Assembly (NCBI GenBank): GCA_024276825.1
Contig: JAJRWI010000010.1
Span: 96,001 to 160,000 of the forward strand
Direction of reading: 5' to 3'
From: an archaeon
GTDB taxonomy: Archaea; Asgardarchaeota; Thorarchaeia; Thorarchaeales; Thorarchaeaceae
DNA: 64,000 nt
Shown here: piece after piece, positions 9,016 to 18,497 of the stretch
Position numbering within the stretch: position 1 is the first letter of the stretch
Layout: the number at the start of each line of letters is the position of its first letter
Notes under the pieces: generated by a model
Database searches by the model: none
What the model was told of the DNA's origin: nothing
What the model saw: only the letters and a program-made list of their open reading frames with translations
Translations under genes and position numbers: made by a program

Positions 9016-9378
9016 TTACTCATTCAGGAGTTGTTCAGCAATCTCTTCATAGACTTCCATGGGCTGCACGCCAACGAGTTTGTCCATCTGGTTACCACGG
9101 CCATCATCAAAAACGACATGCTGTCCGTCCTTGTAGATGATAACACTTGGGACTCCACGGATTTGATGCATCATGCTGAATTCCTGATTCTGGTCAACAT
9201 CAATCTTTACAACTTTTAGGCCCTTGTCGCCATATTTCTCTTCAATCTCCTCAAGCATTGGGGACAGTACCTTGCATGGACCACACCACACTGCATGACA
9301 ATCCACAAAAACAACTTTGTGTTCTTGGAGTATCGAGTCTAGCTCATCAGCCATTATTTCTTGTACCATAGTAGCCAT
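9016..9378 (-). CDS. trxA: Thioredoxin
   Basis: WCGPC active site, 'VKIDVD', 'IRGVPS'. Confidence 0.95.
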   Translation of the reverse strand: MATMVQEIMADELDSILQEHKVVFVDCHAVWCGPCKVLSPMLEEIEEKYGDKGLKVVKIDVDQNQEFSMMHQIRGVPSVIIYKDGQHVVFDDGRGNQMDKLVGVQPMEVYEEIAEQLLNE

Positions 9379-9491
9379 CTCTATTCATCTCTTCGAATTG
9401 TTTGTTTCTTAACCCTTCCTATAATGGTCGGTTGTGCATAATTGCGAACAACCGCTTTTAATAATATCGATGGTGGCCATTAATCCCAAGT

Positions 9492-12218
9492 TTGATAAAG
9501 CAAAAGTGGAGTGCTCAGAGTATCTTGCCAGTCCTACATTGCCCCAATTGTGGAAGTACTTTGAAGATCAGAAGAACACGATTAATAGCTCCTAAGCCAT
9601 ATCTTGAAACGCCTAAAGGAGGCAATGTCTGGTCTGTCAGCTGCATGACATGTGGTGTCGAATACTTTGTGGACGCCACACAGAACGACCTGTTTGATGC
9701 GTTTGATGCATTCTCCAGAGCAATAAAGGACGGCACACTCAAACCGCGTTATGAGGGGCCCTCACCAGATCCCAGGACACTTATCGTTGAAGAGAGAGTC
9801 ATAGAGAGTGATGCTAGGGGAAGGAGAAGCACAAAAGCACGAGTTCAAACACTGAGTGAGATTGACAGAGTCTTGTCACGGGGCGGCCAGAGTCTTGATG
9901 GTCTTCCCAAGTCAATTCAGAGTCTTATTAAGAACACACCAGACAGGTTGGTCCATTACAAATACATGCCACCAACTGAGGCAGAGTATGGATGTACAGT
10001 TGATGAGTTGAAGATTCCAAAGCGGCTAAGGGAGTATTTGAAGTCCAAGGGATTCAAGCAGTTGTACAGGTTTCAGGAGGAGTGCTTCAATGCAATCCTT
10101 GCTGGTGAGAATGTGGTCATATCAGCACCCACAGCTCAGGGAAAGACTGAAGGGTTCATCCTTCCGATAATCAGATTACTGCTTCAAAACATTGAGGATG
10201 CATATGCAGAACCAGGTGTCAGAGCAGTTCTCATATATCCAACAAAGGCTCTGGCGCGAGACCAGTATGAAAAGCTCAAGAAGATGTGTAATGTTGCAGG
10301 TCTCGAGGTTGGTATTTTTGACGGGGATGTTTCACAGACGGAGAGGAGGAGGTTATATGAGAGACCTCCAGATGTCCTACTTACCAATCCTGATGTTCTG
10401 AGTTATCATCTTGGCTGGAGTCAATCCCATCTGATATCATTGCTGCGCACTGTAAGGCATCTTGTGCTTGATGAGATTCATCTGTACACAGGATCATTCG
10501 GATCAAATGTGTACTATATTCTAAAGCGCCTGAAGATGGAAACTGAAAACCCCATACAGCTGATTGGTGCATCAGCCACAATTGCGAATCCCAAGGAGTT
10601 TGCTGAGATATTGTTTGACTCTAAGGTCACACTGATAGAGTCAAAGAGCGCAAAGCGGGGCCCTATCCATTTTCTGATGTATTATCCAGAAGTGGCCACA
10701 AAATACAGTATGATTGTGAATATTGTAAAAGAGCTGGTGAAACACAAGTTCAGAATCCTAGTATTTGGAAATACTCATTCGGAAGCCGAGATCATCAACA
10801 TGATTCTGAAGCGGCAGAAGGTAATGTCGAAGATCCATAGAGGGGGATTGACAAAGAGATATAGAAACAAAGTGGAAGACGAGTTTAGAACTGGAAAACT
10901 GCCAGTGCTTGTGTCTACACCAACATTGGAGTTGGGCATTGATATAGGGCACCTTGACAGTGTTGTCAGCATGATTGTTTCGGTCACTCGCCTGACACAA
11001 AGAATCGGGAGGGCTGGAAGGAAGGGGCAAGAGAGTGTTGCAGTGCTTGCGTTGAGGGATAATGACCCTATTTCGACATTCTATAGATATCAGCCAGAGA
11101 AGTATTTCACAGATATTGATGCCGCATTTGTTGAGCCCAATAATGAAGTCGTGAGCAGATTTCAATTAATAGCAGCCGCCCTCTCGGGAAAATTGAGAGT
11201 TTCAGACTTTCTGTATCAAAAGAGAGTGCTACAAGAACTGGAGAAAGAGGGGCTCATCAAGATTCAGGATGATGGAAAGGTAAGAGTAGTAGACTTTGCA
11301 AGGGCCCAAAAGACATGGAGAAACTACAACATAAGAGGTATTGGTGATCCTGTTTCAATTGTTCATGATGGGAAGACAATCGGAACAAGGACCATGCCCA
11401 TGGCAGCACAGGAGCTCCATCCAGGTGCAATCTATCTCCACGGCGGAGAAACATATCTTTCAAAGGAGTTCAAGTATACCCCAGGAATGGGGAGGGCAAA
11501 GGTAATCAAGATACCAGACCCAAATGAGCACACGAGGCCTCTGTATAGCACAATGCCAAAGATCATTGAGATTCATGAGCGTTCAAAGGTGTTTGGTCTT
11601 GATCTGATGTATTGTACTCTAGAGCTCACCCAGAATGTCCATGGCTATGTGAAACTTCAGACATATCCGCGCAAGATACTCGGAAAATACATGATCTCAC
11701 CTGAACTGACATATCAGTACAAGACAAGAGGGTTTGTCTTTACAGCCCCAGCTCCAACTTCAGAAGTGATCTCCGAAGGACTCAATGAGATGAGGATAGA
11801 CTCGACAATGATTGCAGACCCTGTGAACCTCTATGGAGGATCATTTCACGCACTGGAGCATGTTTTAATAGAGTCAAGCGGGATGTTGACCGGAGGAAGC
11901 ACACGTGAAATTGGGGGCATATCGATGGGCGATTCTGGGATCATCTTTGTGTATGATGGCGCTCCAGGAGGAAATGGTGCATCACGACTGCTATATAGTA
12001 GACTTGAAGAGGCATTCAGGAGAGTCAGAACTATCTTAGAAAGGTGTGAATGTACAAATATTGACGGCTGTCCAATGTGCACCTATTCATACTATTGTGG
12101 TAACAATAATGAACCATTGTATAAGAGGGGTGCATTGTCGAGCGTTATTCAGATACTTGGTGGCGGAGAAACAACAGTTGATACAAAAGAGTATCTTGGC
12201 CATGAACCAGTGGTCTAA
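9492..12218 (+). CDS. DEAD/DEAH helicase with C-terminal DUF1998 (Hrq1/MrfA/SftH family) and N-terminal Zn finger
   Basis: 'APTAQGKT', 'YPTKALARDQ', DEIH, SAT, 'TPTLELGIDIG', 'QRIGRAGR'. C-terminal 'HALEH...YDG..GG.G...CEC....GCPMC....YCG'. N-terminal CPNC/CMTC. Confidence 0.92.
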   Translation: MIKQKWSAQSILPVLHCPNCGSTLKIRRTRLIAPKPYLETPKGGNVWSVSCMTCGVEYFVDATQNDLFDAFDAFSRAIKDGTLKPRYEGPSPDPRTLIVEERVIESDARGRRSTKARVQTLSEIDRVLSRGGQSLDGLPKSIQSLIKNTPDRLVHYKYMPPTEAEYGCTVDELKIPKRLREYLKSKGFKQLYRFQEECFNAILAGENVVISAPTAQGKTEGFILPIIRLLLQNIEDAYAEPGVRAVLIYPTKALARDQYEKLKKMCNVAGLEVGIFDGDVSQTERRRLYERPPDVLLTNPDVLSYHLGWSQSHLISLLRTVRHLVLDEIHLYTGSFGSNVYYILKRLKMETENPIQLIGASATIANPKEFAEILFDSKVTLIESKSAKRGPIHFLMYYPEVATKYSMIVNIVKELVKHKFRILVFGNTHSEAEIINMILKRQKVMSKIHRGGLTKRYRNKVEDEFRTGKLPVLVSTPTLELGIDIGHLDSVVSMIVSVTRLTQRIGRAGRKGQESVAVLALRDNDPISTFYRYQPEKYFTDIDAAFVEPNNEVVSRFQLIAAALSGKLRVSDFLYQKRVLQELEKEGLIKIQDDGKVRVVDFARAQKTWRNYNIRGIGDPVSIVHDGKTIGTRTMPMAAQELHPGAIYLHGGETYLSKEFKYTPGMGRAKVIKIPDPNEHTRPLYSTMPKIIEIHERSKVFGLDLMYCTLELTQNVHGYVKLQTYPRKILGKYMISPELTYQYKTRGFVFTAPAPTSEVISEGLNEMRIDSTMIADPVNLYGGSFHALEHVLIESSGMLTGGSTREIGGISMGDSGIIFVYDGAPGGNGASRLLYSRLEEAFRRVRTILERCECTNIDGCPMCTYSYYCGNNNEPLYKRGALSSVIQILGGGETTVDTKEYLGHEPVV

Positions 12219-12235
12219 CAATTGGAGGCTTATGT

Positions 12236-14170
12236 TTGATAAAGTTCCTGATTGGTCGCGGACATGATGGTCCTGCGCGCATCGGAAAACTTCAGAGAGA
12301 TGGCAGTGTAGTAAGCATCCCTGCATTGTTATCACAGGAGAGAGGAGAGAGTCAGCGACCGTATTATGTAGTTGTTGAGTCAGAGAGTCATAGGATATGG
12401 GAGCCAATACATTCTATGAAGTCCTTGCTGTTCTTGCGAGAAGACAACTGGATGGATGATGAACTATTCCTAATGCCTTCAATCCCTGCAATTGGTGCAC
12501 TTGGATCAGATGTCGCAGAGTTAGTGCTAGCAAGGCAATACGAGTTATTGGTCGACAAGGAGAAAACGACCCGAAATAATGCAATCATCAGGATCCCTTA
12601 TTCAATCAGGCCTGAACGAATTGGGAGAATTATGGACGATTTTAACAGGATTGGTGTGAACAAGGCAGCCTTCACCTTTGATGGAACCCTAGGCCAGAGG
12701 GATATGTCAAACATAGTACTGAGAAGCAAAGTTCCACCCAACTGGTTGATCATTGCCCTTGGAAGAATAGATGTACATATGATCCCAATACTCTACTATC
12801 TGGGATTTGATATCTTTGACATCGGACGAGCTCACGAGGCCGCTTCTGACGGAATAAGGGTCTGGGAGAATTCTGTTGAGAGCATGTTAGATAGCAAATA
12901 TCATAGATTCTGCTCCTGTTCTACCTGCTCGAAGATTGATAACTTTGACAATCTCACCAGGGATGAACTGACAGAAGCGCTTCTTCAGCACAATATTAAA
13001 AGATACTGTGAAGTTCTCTCAGAGAGCCAGATTGCCATGCGTAACGGAAGGTTAAGGTGGCTTGTGGAAACATCCACGCATGCCACACCCGCTCTGGCTG
13101 CGTTTATCAGACAAGCGAACAAAATACTATTCGATTTTCTTGAAGAGTATACACCAACTTCATATCAGAAGGAGCTGCCATTGATTGGCCCCGAGTCCTA
13201 CAATTCGCCTGCTGTAAAACGATTTCGTGACAGGGTTGCTAAGCGATATAGTCCGCCAAAACACAAGAGTGCTGTGCTTCTCTTACCATGTTCAGCAAGG
13301 AAACCCTACTCAGAATCAAGGTCGCACAAGCGATTCATATCATCAATTGAGAGAGCCATTGGGAGCGCAAGGTCATCACTTGCGGAGATCATTCTTACAT
13401 CGCCCCTTGGAGTTGTGCCTAGAGAGTTAGAACGTGTGTTTCCTGCCGCAAATTATGATATTCCTGTCACTGGGGACTGGGATGATGAGGAAATCAGTAT
13501 AGGAGCTAAAGCACTATGGACAATACTTACAAAGTATCCTGAAGATGCCCCAGTGATTGCACATGTGTCAGGCGGATACTACAAGATTGTAAAGAGAGCA
13601 GAGGGTGAAATGAAGCAGAGTATAATATACACAACACATGACTCTTCTGCGACCAGTCAGGATTCGCTCAATACACTCTCAGAGGTCCTGAAGCACATCA
13701 GGGACAAGGGGCTTCTTAAATCACAGAAACCAACAACAATCAGTGATACATTGAGCGCTGTTGCAGACTTTCAGTTTGGCAGTGGTGCAAGAGACCTTTT
13801 AGTACCAAAGGAAACGCGTTTCAAGGGAAAGATATACAACATGATAATGTGCTTCGATCAAAGGGCCCAGACTTGCAGTTTTTTGGGAAGCACTGGATCA
13901 ATAATTCTGACTCTTGAGGGTGGTCGGAGAATAAGGGAACTCGGGAGATATTGGGTCAGGTTTGAAGGTGATAGGATAAGGGGCAGTTCCATATTCGCAA
14001 TGGGCGTGAATCAAGCAGACCCCGAGATTCGTCCGGGAGATGAGGTTATAGTATTGGATCAGAATGATGATGTGATTGCTGTGGGCAGGAGCGAGATGTC
14101 AGGCAGGGAGATGTGTATGTTGGACAGAGGAATTGCTGTGGCTTTACGACATAAGAGGAAGGGGGACTAG
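12236..14170 (+). CDS. arcS: Archaeosine synthase subunit alpha (ArcS/TgtA2) with PUA domain
   Basis: TGT-like 'DGPARIG', Zn motif CSCSTC...H, signature 'LLPCSARKPYSESRSH', 'TSPLGVVPRELE..FPAANYDIPVTGDW', C-terminal PUA. Confidence 0.9.
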   Translation: MIKFLIGRGHDGPARIGKLQRDGSVVSIPALLSQERGESQRPYYVVVESESHRIWEPIHSMKSLLFLREDNWMDDELFLMPSIPAIGALGSDVAELVLARQYELLVDKEKTTRNNAIIRIPYSIRPERIGRIMDDFNRIGVNKAAFTFDGTLGQRDMSNIVLRSKVPPNWLIIALGRIDVHMIPILYYLGFDIFDIGRAHEAASDGIRVWENSVESMLDSKYHRFCSCSTCSKIDNFDNLTRDELTEALLQHNIKRYCEVLSESQIAMRNGRLRWLVETSTHATPALAAFIRQANKILFDFLEEYTPTSYQKELPLIGPESYNSPAVKRFRDRVAKRYSPPKHKSAVLLLPCSARKPYSESRSHKRFISSIERAIGSARSSLAEIILTSPLGVVPRELERVFPAANYDIPVTGDWDDEEISIGAKALWTILTKYPEDAPVIAHVSGGYYKIVKRAEGEMKQSIIYTTHDSSATSQDSLNTLSEVLKHIRDKGLLKSQKPTTISDTLSAVADFQFGSGARDLLVPKETRFKGKIYNMIMCFDQRAQTCSFLGSTGSIILTLEGGRRIRELGRYWVRFEGDRIRGSSIFAMGVNQADPEIRPGDEVIVLDQNDDVIAVGRSEMSGREMCMLDRGIAVALRHKRKGD

Positions 14171-14173
14171 GCC

Positions 14174-15256
14174 ATGCCTTCGATCAATGAGAAGATTCAC
14201 GGGTTCATAAAGAGGGCTAATGTTCAGGCCAGAGGCAGCTCCATCAATAGACGATATAGACGTAATCTGAGCGCCCCATCTGCTGCATGGATTGCACCAT
14301 CTCTTATTGGAAGAACGCAGGCAAAGGCAATAGCCATAGTGCTTGCAACTATTGGATGTTCACATGCTCGGGAGGAAGACGGGGGTTGCACAATGTGCAG
14401 TTACCTCTTAGATGGCTCTGGTGTCATGCCAACAAATGTGGAACTCATCAAGCAGTTTGAGAGAGGATACACCAAAGCAAATAATGAGCAGAAACCCTTG
14501 TCGGTCAAAATCTATACCAGCGGAAGTTTCCTTGACTCGGATGAAGTTTCACCAGAGGTGAGGATGGAGATTTTGAGGAGAGTCGGTTCTGATGATAGAG
14601 TGACTGAAGTAATCATCGAGTCCAGACCCGAGTTCGTAACTGATAGGACCATGCAAGACTTGAGGGAAAGACTGAGCGATAGAAGAATAGAGATTGGCAT
14701 GGGGCTTGAGAGCGCAAATGATGTGATTCGAGAAGTATGCATCAACAAAGGGTTTACTCTGACTGAGTTTCAACATGCTCTGGAAACCGCAAGAAAGTAT
14801 GATATTGGAACACGAGCATATGTTCTTCTAAAGCCGCCGTTTCTCACTGAGAGCCAGTCCCAAGCTGATGCCTTACAGACAATCAAGACCTGTGCAGATA
14901 TTGGGGTGACTACAGTATCTGTGAACCCTGTTAATATTCAGAAGAACACACTTGTTGAGAAGCTATGGTCTAGGGGATCATATAGACCACCATGGCTCTG
15001 GACACTGATTTCGGTGCTAAGGCGAGCAAGACAGGAAATTGATGATTCAGTGAATATTGTCTGCGATCCGGTCGCTGCTGGAAAATCAAGGGGGGTTCAT
15101 AACTGTGGTAAGTGTGATGAGAGAGTTGTCAGGGCAATACGAGAGTTTTCACTGACACAGAATGAGGATGTTTTTGAGGGGCTTGATTGTGATTGTAAGG
15201 AGAAATGGCATCATACCTTACAACATGAAGACATATCATTTCTCATTCATCGGTAG
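14174..15256 (+). CDS. Radical SAM archaeosine synthase subunit beta (RaSEA)
   Basis: 'GC...GGCTMC', 'KIYTSGSFLD', 'ESRPEF', 'YVLLKPPFL', 'YRPPWLW', 'RGVHNCGKCD', 'CDC'; immediately downstream of arcS. Confidence 0.9.
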   Translation: MPSINEKIHGFIKRANVQARGSSINRRYRRNLSAPSAAWIAPSLIGRTQAKAIAIVLATIGCSHAREEDGGCTMCSYLLDGSGVMPTNVELIKQFERGYTKANNEQKPLSVKIYTSGSFLDSDEVSPEVRMEILRRVGSDDRVTEVIIESRPEFVTDRTMQDLRERLSDRRIEIGMGLESANDVIREVCINKGFTLTEFQHALETARKYDIGTRAYVLLKPPFLTESQSQADALQTIKTCADIGVTTVSVNPVNIQKNTLVEKLWSRGSYRPPWLWTLISVLRRARQEIDDSVNIVCDPVAAGKSRGVHNCGKCDERVVRAIREFSLTQNEDVFEGLDCDCKEKWHHTLQHEDISFLIHR

Positions 15257-15336
15257 AGGTTTGATCCCAATCTCCATGAAAAAGGCTTAAAGAGTCACAA
15301 TGAGGAGAACCAGTTGTACATAGAGAGGTCTGAATA

Positions 15337-15690
15337 ATGCCAGAGTATATCACACGTGTTTCAATTTGGTTTAATAGTGAAGGTGCTTCTCCAGCCAAAG
15401 TGATCAAAAAGCTGACAGCTTTAGGATTCACTCCGGTGCGGGGTGTATACGATTTTGTCTATAAACATGACAAGTCCATGGATATGACTGAAACAGAACT
15501 AAGTAATGCAATAATAGATATCTCAAATGCGCTACATGCTGCACTCTCAGGCTTTAAAGTTCTATACAACCTAGACACCCACCCACTTGATGAGGGTGAG
15601 GACTATTTTCCCTTGGAGATTATTGATGCAGAGCTTGAAGAAACACGTAGAGAGATCAATGAAATAGAGAAAGAGGCCAATGCTGGGTGA
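15337..15690 (+). CDS. Conserved archaeal hypothetical protein
   Basis: GAGGT RBS; 'FNSEGASP...LGF.P..G.YDFVY' resembles a small uncharacterised archaeal family. Confidence 0.7.
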   Translation: MPEYITRVSIWFNSEGASPAKVIKKLTALGFTPVRGVYDFVYKHDKSMDMTETELSNAIIDISNALHAALSGFKVLYNLDTHPLDEGEDYFPLEIIDAELEETRREINEIEKEANAG

Positions 15691-15739
15691 GTTGCAAAAG
15701 CTCGAACATTTTCTAAGTTCGTCAGACATTCAATAAATC

Positions 15740-15765
15740 GAGCTGGGGGGCAATTTCCCCAGCTC
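15740..15765. terminator. Inverted repeat between convergent genes
   Basis: GAGCTGGGG-GGCAATTT-CCCCAGCTC, a perfect 9-bp stem between the stops at 15690 (+) and 15787 (-). Confidence 0.6.
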
Positions 15766-15786
15766 TGAGGGAGGAGTTGAGTGAAC

Positions 15787-17568
15787 TTAGTCAGATGTCA
15801 CTACAGGCTCACGACGGTCGTATTCACCCTCGCCCTGAATGGTGACTCTGATCTTCTTTTGGTCCCCAGGATTCATTCTTTCGAATATCCAGACTAAATC
15901 AGTGCCGTCATCAACAGGTTGCTGGCGTGGTTCAAGGTCTTCTGGTTCAATACCAACCACTTCAAATCCTCGAGGAATCCAATCGGAAACTTTGACATTC
16001 TCAACAGTCACTTCACCTTTATTCTCTATCACAAGAACCAAGATGTATTGGCCAGCTTCTGTTCCCTTGTTGATAGCCTTCTTGGCTGAGATTCGTCTCT
16101 TCTTGTAGATAATTCCAATCTTATGGCCGTCCTCAGCGCTGGCAACCTCGGTCTCGATGCCTGGAGGATAGGTGTTTGCAAAGCAGTGAATTGGTGAGGG
16201 ATATTCTTTCTCAGGACGACTCTTCCATGCCATTATCGAGTAGTTTATCCTTATGCTCTCACCAGGTTGAAGTTCACCAACAGAGTCCTTCAGGTCAGAG
16301 ATTTTGAATGTCAGTGTATGCGGGTGGTTGGGATCTTGGTCTTCGGGATCTATAGCAAATTCAAAATTGCCTGTATATTCCTCACCTCGAATGTATATCT
16401 CGATGTATTCTTTTGTAGGCGGCATGACATCATCAGGCAGTTTGTCAATTACTGTAATCTCGTTGATCTTTGCAGTGCCAGCGTTCCTTACTTCAATATT
16501 TACCTCTACTGGCGTTTTGTCAAAGCTGTTGACCTCTGGCGGGTCAAATGTCTTGGTATATTCTATCTTGTAGACGGGTATGGACTGGGCGGCCTTCTCA
16601 ATTGTGCCCAACACTCTCTTTGTGACAATGTTCACTGGGGTGTAGATGACCTCTTGTGAGCACTTGGGCTGGGACTTGCTCTCCATCTGAAATGAACTGG
16701 TCCATTCAGTACCCGGTCCCAGTTCTATTTCTGGGCTCTCATCAATTCGTTTCTCTTTTGTGCCAGACTCTTCAGACTCAACATAAACTTCAGCCTTGTC
16801 AAGGCGGATTACTAGATCACTCTCATTGGAACACTCCAGAGTGACCTCCCAGTTATTGGGTTCGTTCTCTGCGGAGTCAATGCCTGTGAGAAACTCGGTG
16901 AGGGCAGTCAGGTCAGGTGCCAGTAGTGAGCGCTGTTGGCCCTCAGCACGATATGTGACAACAACCTGTCCAGCATCTTTTTCCTCAGCATCTTCGACGT
17001 TTGCAGTGGCAGTAAACACGAGTTCATTCTCCTCATGGGGATAGATGACAAAGTCTTTCCATATGATCTGTCGGGTACCATCATCATATTCAGCTGTTCC
17101 TGACTTCACCTGCTCGATGGTCACATTGCTTAGTTCAGGAGGGACTGTTTTATTGAGAACGATGTTATCAATCTCGCCATCGGTTTCATTCTTTACACGA
17201 ATCGTCACTCGTAGAAGATTGTCTTTTCCAAAGCAATAAGCCCAATGAGGCTCCTCTGTGGTGACTTCACCGCAGGTGTCGTAGGTTTCCGACAGTGTCA
17301 GAATTGGCGATTCAACTGTCACCTTATACCTGTGTTGCCAAGAGCTGCCTGCATCAATCTCACCAGCCAGTAAGACATCCTCAGTGATGTCAGTCTGGTC
17401 CCGTGTGTCACTTAGTAGAACTCGCACATTCCAGACACGACATCTCTCAGAGGGGTTCTTGACAGTCAAGACACCAAAAGCCTCAATATTCTCCAGTTCA
17501 CTTAATTCGCCAAGCTGAGTTCTTTCAGTTTCTTCAATGTCAATTATGACCTTCTTTTGTTCACTCAA
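15787..17568 (-). CDS. Acidic multi-Ig-fold (DUF11-like repeat) protein without signal peptide; N-terminus resembles a mu-homology domain
   Basis: Repeated 'V.I.V.N.G.....V.V.D.LP...W....L.PG......Y' modules; no hydrophobic segment. Confidence 0.7.
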   Translation of the reverse strand: MSEQKKVIIDIEETERTQLGELSELENIEAFGVLTVKNPSERCRVWNVRVLLSDTRDQTDITEDVLLAGEIDAGSSWQHRYKVTVESPILTLSETYDTCGEVTTEEPHWAYCFGKDNLLRVTIRVKNETDGEIDNIVLNKTVPPELSNVTIEQVKSGTAEYDDGTRQIIWKDFVIYPHEENELVFTATANVEDAEEKDAGQVVVTYRAEGQQRSLLAPDLTALTEFLTGIDSAENEPNNWEVTLECSNESDLVIRLDKAEVYVESEESGTKEKRIDESPEIELGPGTEWTSSFQMESKSQPKCSQEVIYTPVNIVTKRVLGTIEKAAQSIPVYKIEYTKTFDPPEVNSFDKTPVEVNIEVRNAGTAKINEITVIDKLPDDVMPPTKEYIEIYIRGEEYTGNFEFAIDPEDQDPNHPHTLTFKISDLKDSVGELQPGESIRINYSIMAWKSRPEKEYPSPIHCFANTYPPGIETEVASAEDGHKIGIIYKKRRISAKKAINKGTEAGQYILVLVIENKGEVTVENVKVSDWIPRGFEVVGIEPEDLEPRQQPVDDGTDLVWIFERMNPGDQKKIRVTIQGEGEYDRREPVVTSD

Positions 17569-17587
17569 TTTTCTTCATCCTCCCATC

Positions 17588-18343
17588 CTAGTCTGACTCG
17601 TTAGGTCCGTTTTGGGAAATTGTAAATCTAAACTCATGTCCAGCGGCCCAATCGGTTTCAAGAACTTGACCGGGCTCCATCACTAATGGGGTTATACCAT
17701 GACCGAATTGACTGATATACTTTGAGAATCGCTTTAACTGCTCATGGTCTTCCCATCTCATTGGAATTGCAAGTTTTGGATGTGCATCAATACATATACT
17801 GACCGCATCTCTGACTGGAAACACACCATCGCCCCCAATAGGAGTAATCAGTATGTGAGATTCCAGTGCTCCAAATGGACCTCTTATCTCCGAGTCTCCC
17901 ACATAGGACACCTTCATCTTGCCCATCTCTATATGGAGGCCATAGTTCTCAATCTTTTCATCATTTGCAGGATCTGTGCGTTTCAGAATATACGGTGTGA
18001 GTTTCATTCCAGGAATCTCATAGGGGATCTCATTCTCTAGTGTGTGAAGAAGCCATGGTTTTGCACCTTGTGACTTGACTTTTTCGATTGTGGACTCATC
18101 ACCAAGTACCCAGGCCTTTGCATTGATTGCAATCTGTGCGGCATTGCCCACAGCATCATCAAGGTGGTTTGTTACTGCAATTATCCTAACATCAAGGTCG
18201 TCAGGCACAACAGCCTCGCCATCCCAGATTCCCGGATTCAGAAGCAGTGAGGTCTCTTCTGTTGACAACATGAACGATGTCTTTCCAAAGTACTTTATCC
18301 TAAGCAAGTTATCACATCCAAACGTCCCGTTTTGGTCACCCAC
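17588..18343 (-). CDS. Metallo-beta-lactamase fold protein (UPF0173-like) with degenerate metal site
   Basis: 'IKYFGKTSF...LLLNP', 'IIAVTNHLDD', 'YVGDS', 'PIGG', 'AIPM' follow the UPF0173 layout. True start may be TTG at 18307. Confidence 0.75.
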   Translation of the reverse strand: MGDQNGTFGCDNLLRIKYFGKTSFMLSTEETSLLLNPGIWDGEAVVPDDLDVRIIAVTNHLDDAVGNAAQIAINAKAWVLGDESTIEKVKSQGAKPWLLHTLENEIPYEIPGMKLTPYILKRTDPANDEKIENYGLHIEMGKMKVSYVGDSEIRGPFGALESHILITPIGGDGVFPVRDAVSICIDAHPKLAIPMRWEDHEQLKRFSKYISQFGHGITPLVMEPGQVLETDWAAGHEFRFTISQNGPNESD

Positions 18344-18497
18344 GAGTCAGAATAATTATGGACACCCTTTACGTTGTATTGCTATCTTAAAAAAGAATTT
18401 TGCATAATCCCAATTCCTCAGATTTTCCGAGTGGTATCTTTTTATTGCATAATCAAGACTCAGTTATTGGACAAATGCATGAACGGATGAGGGCCCA

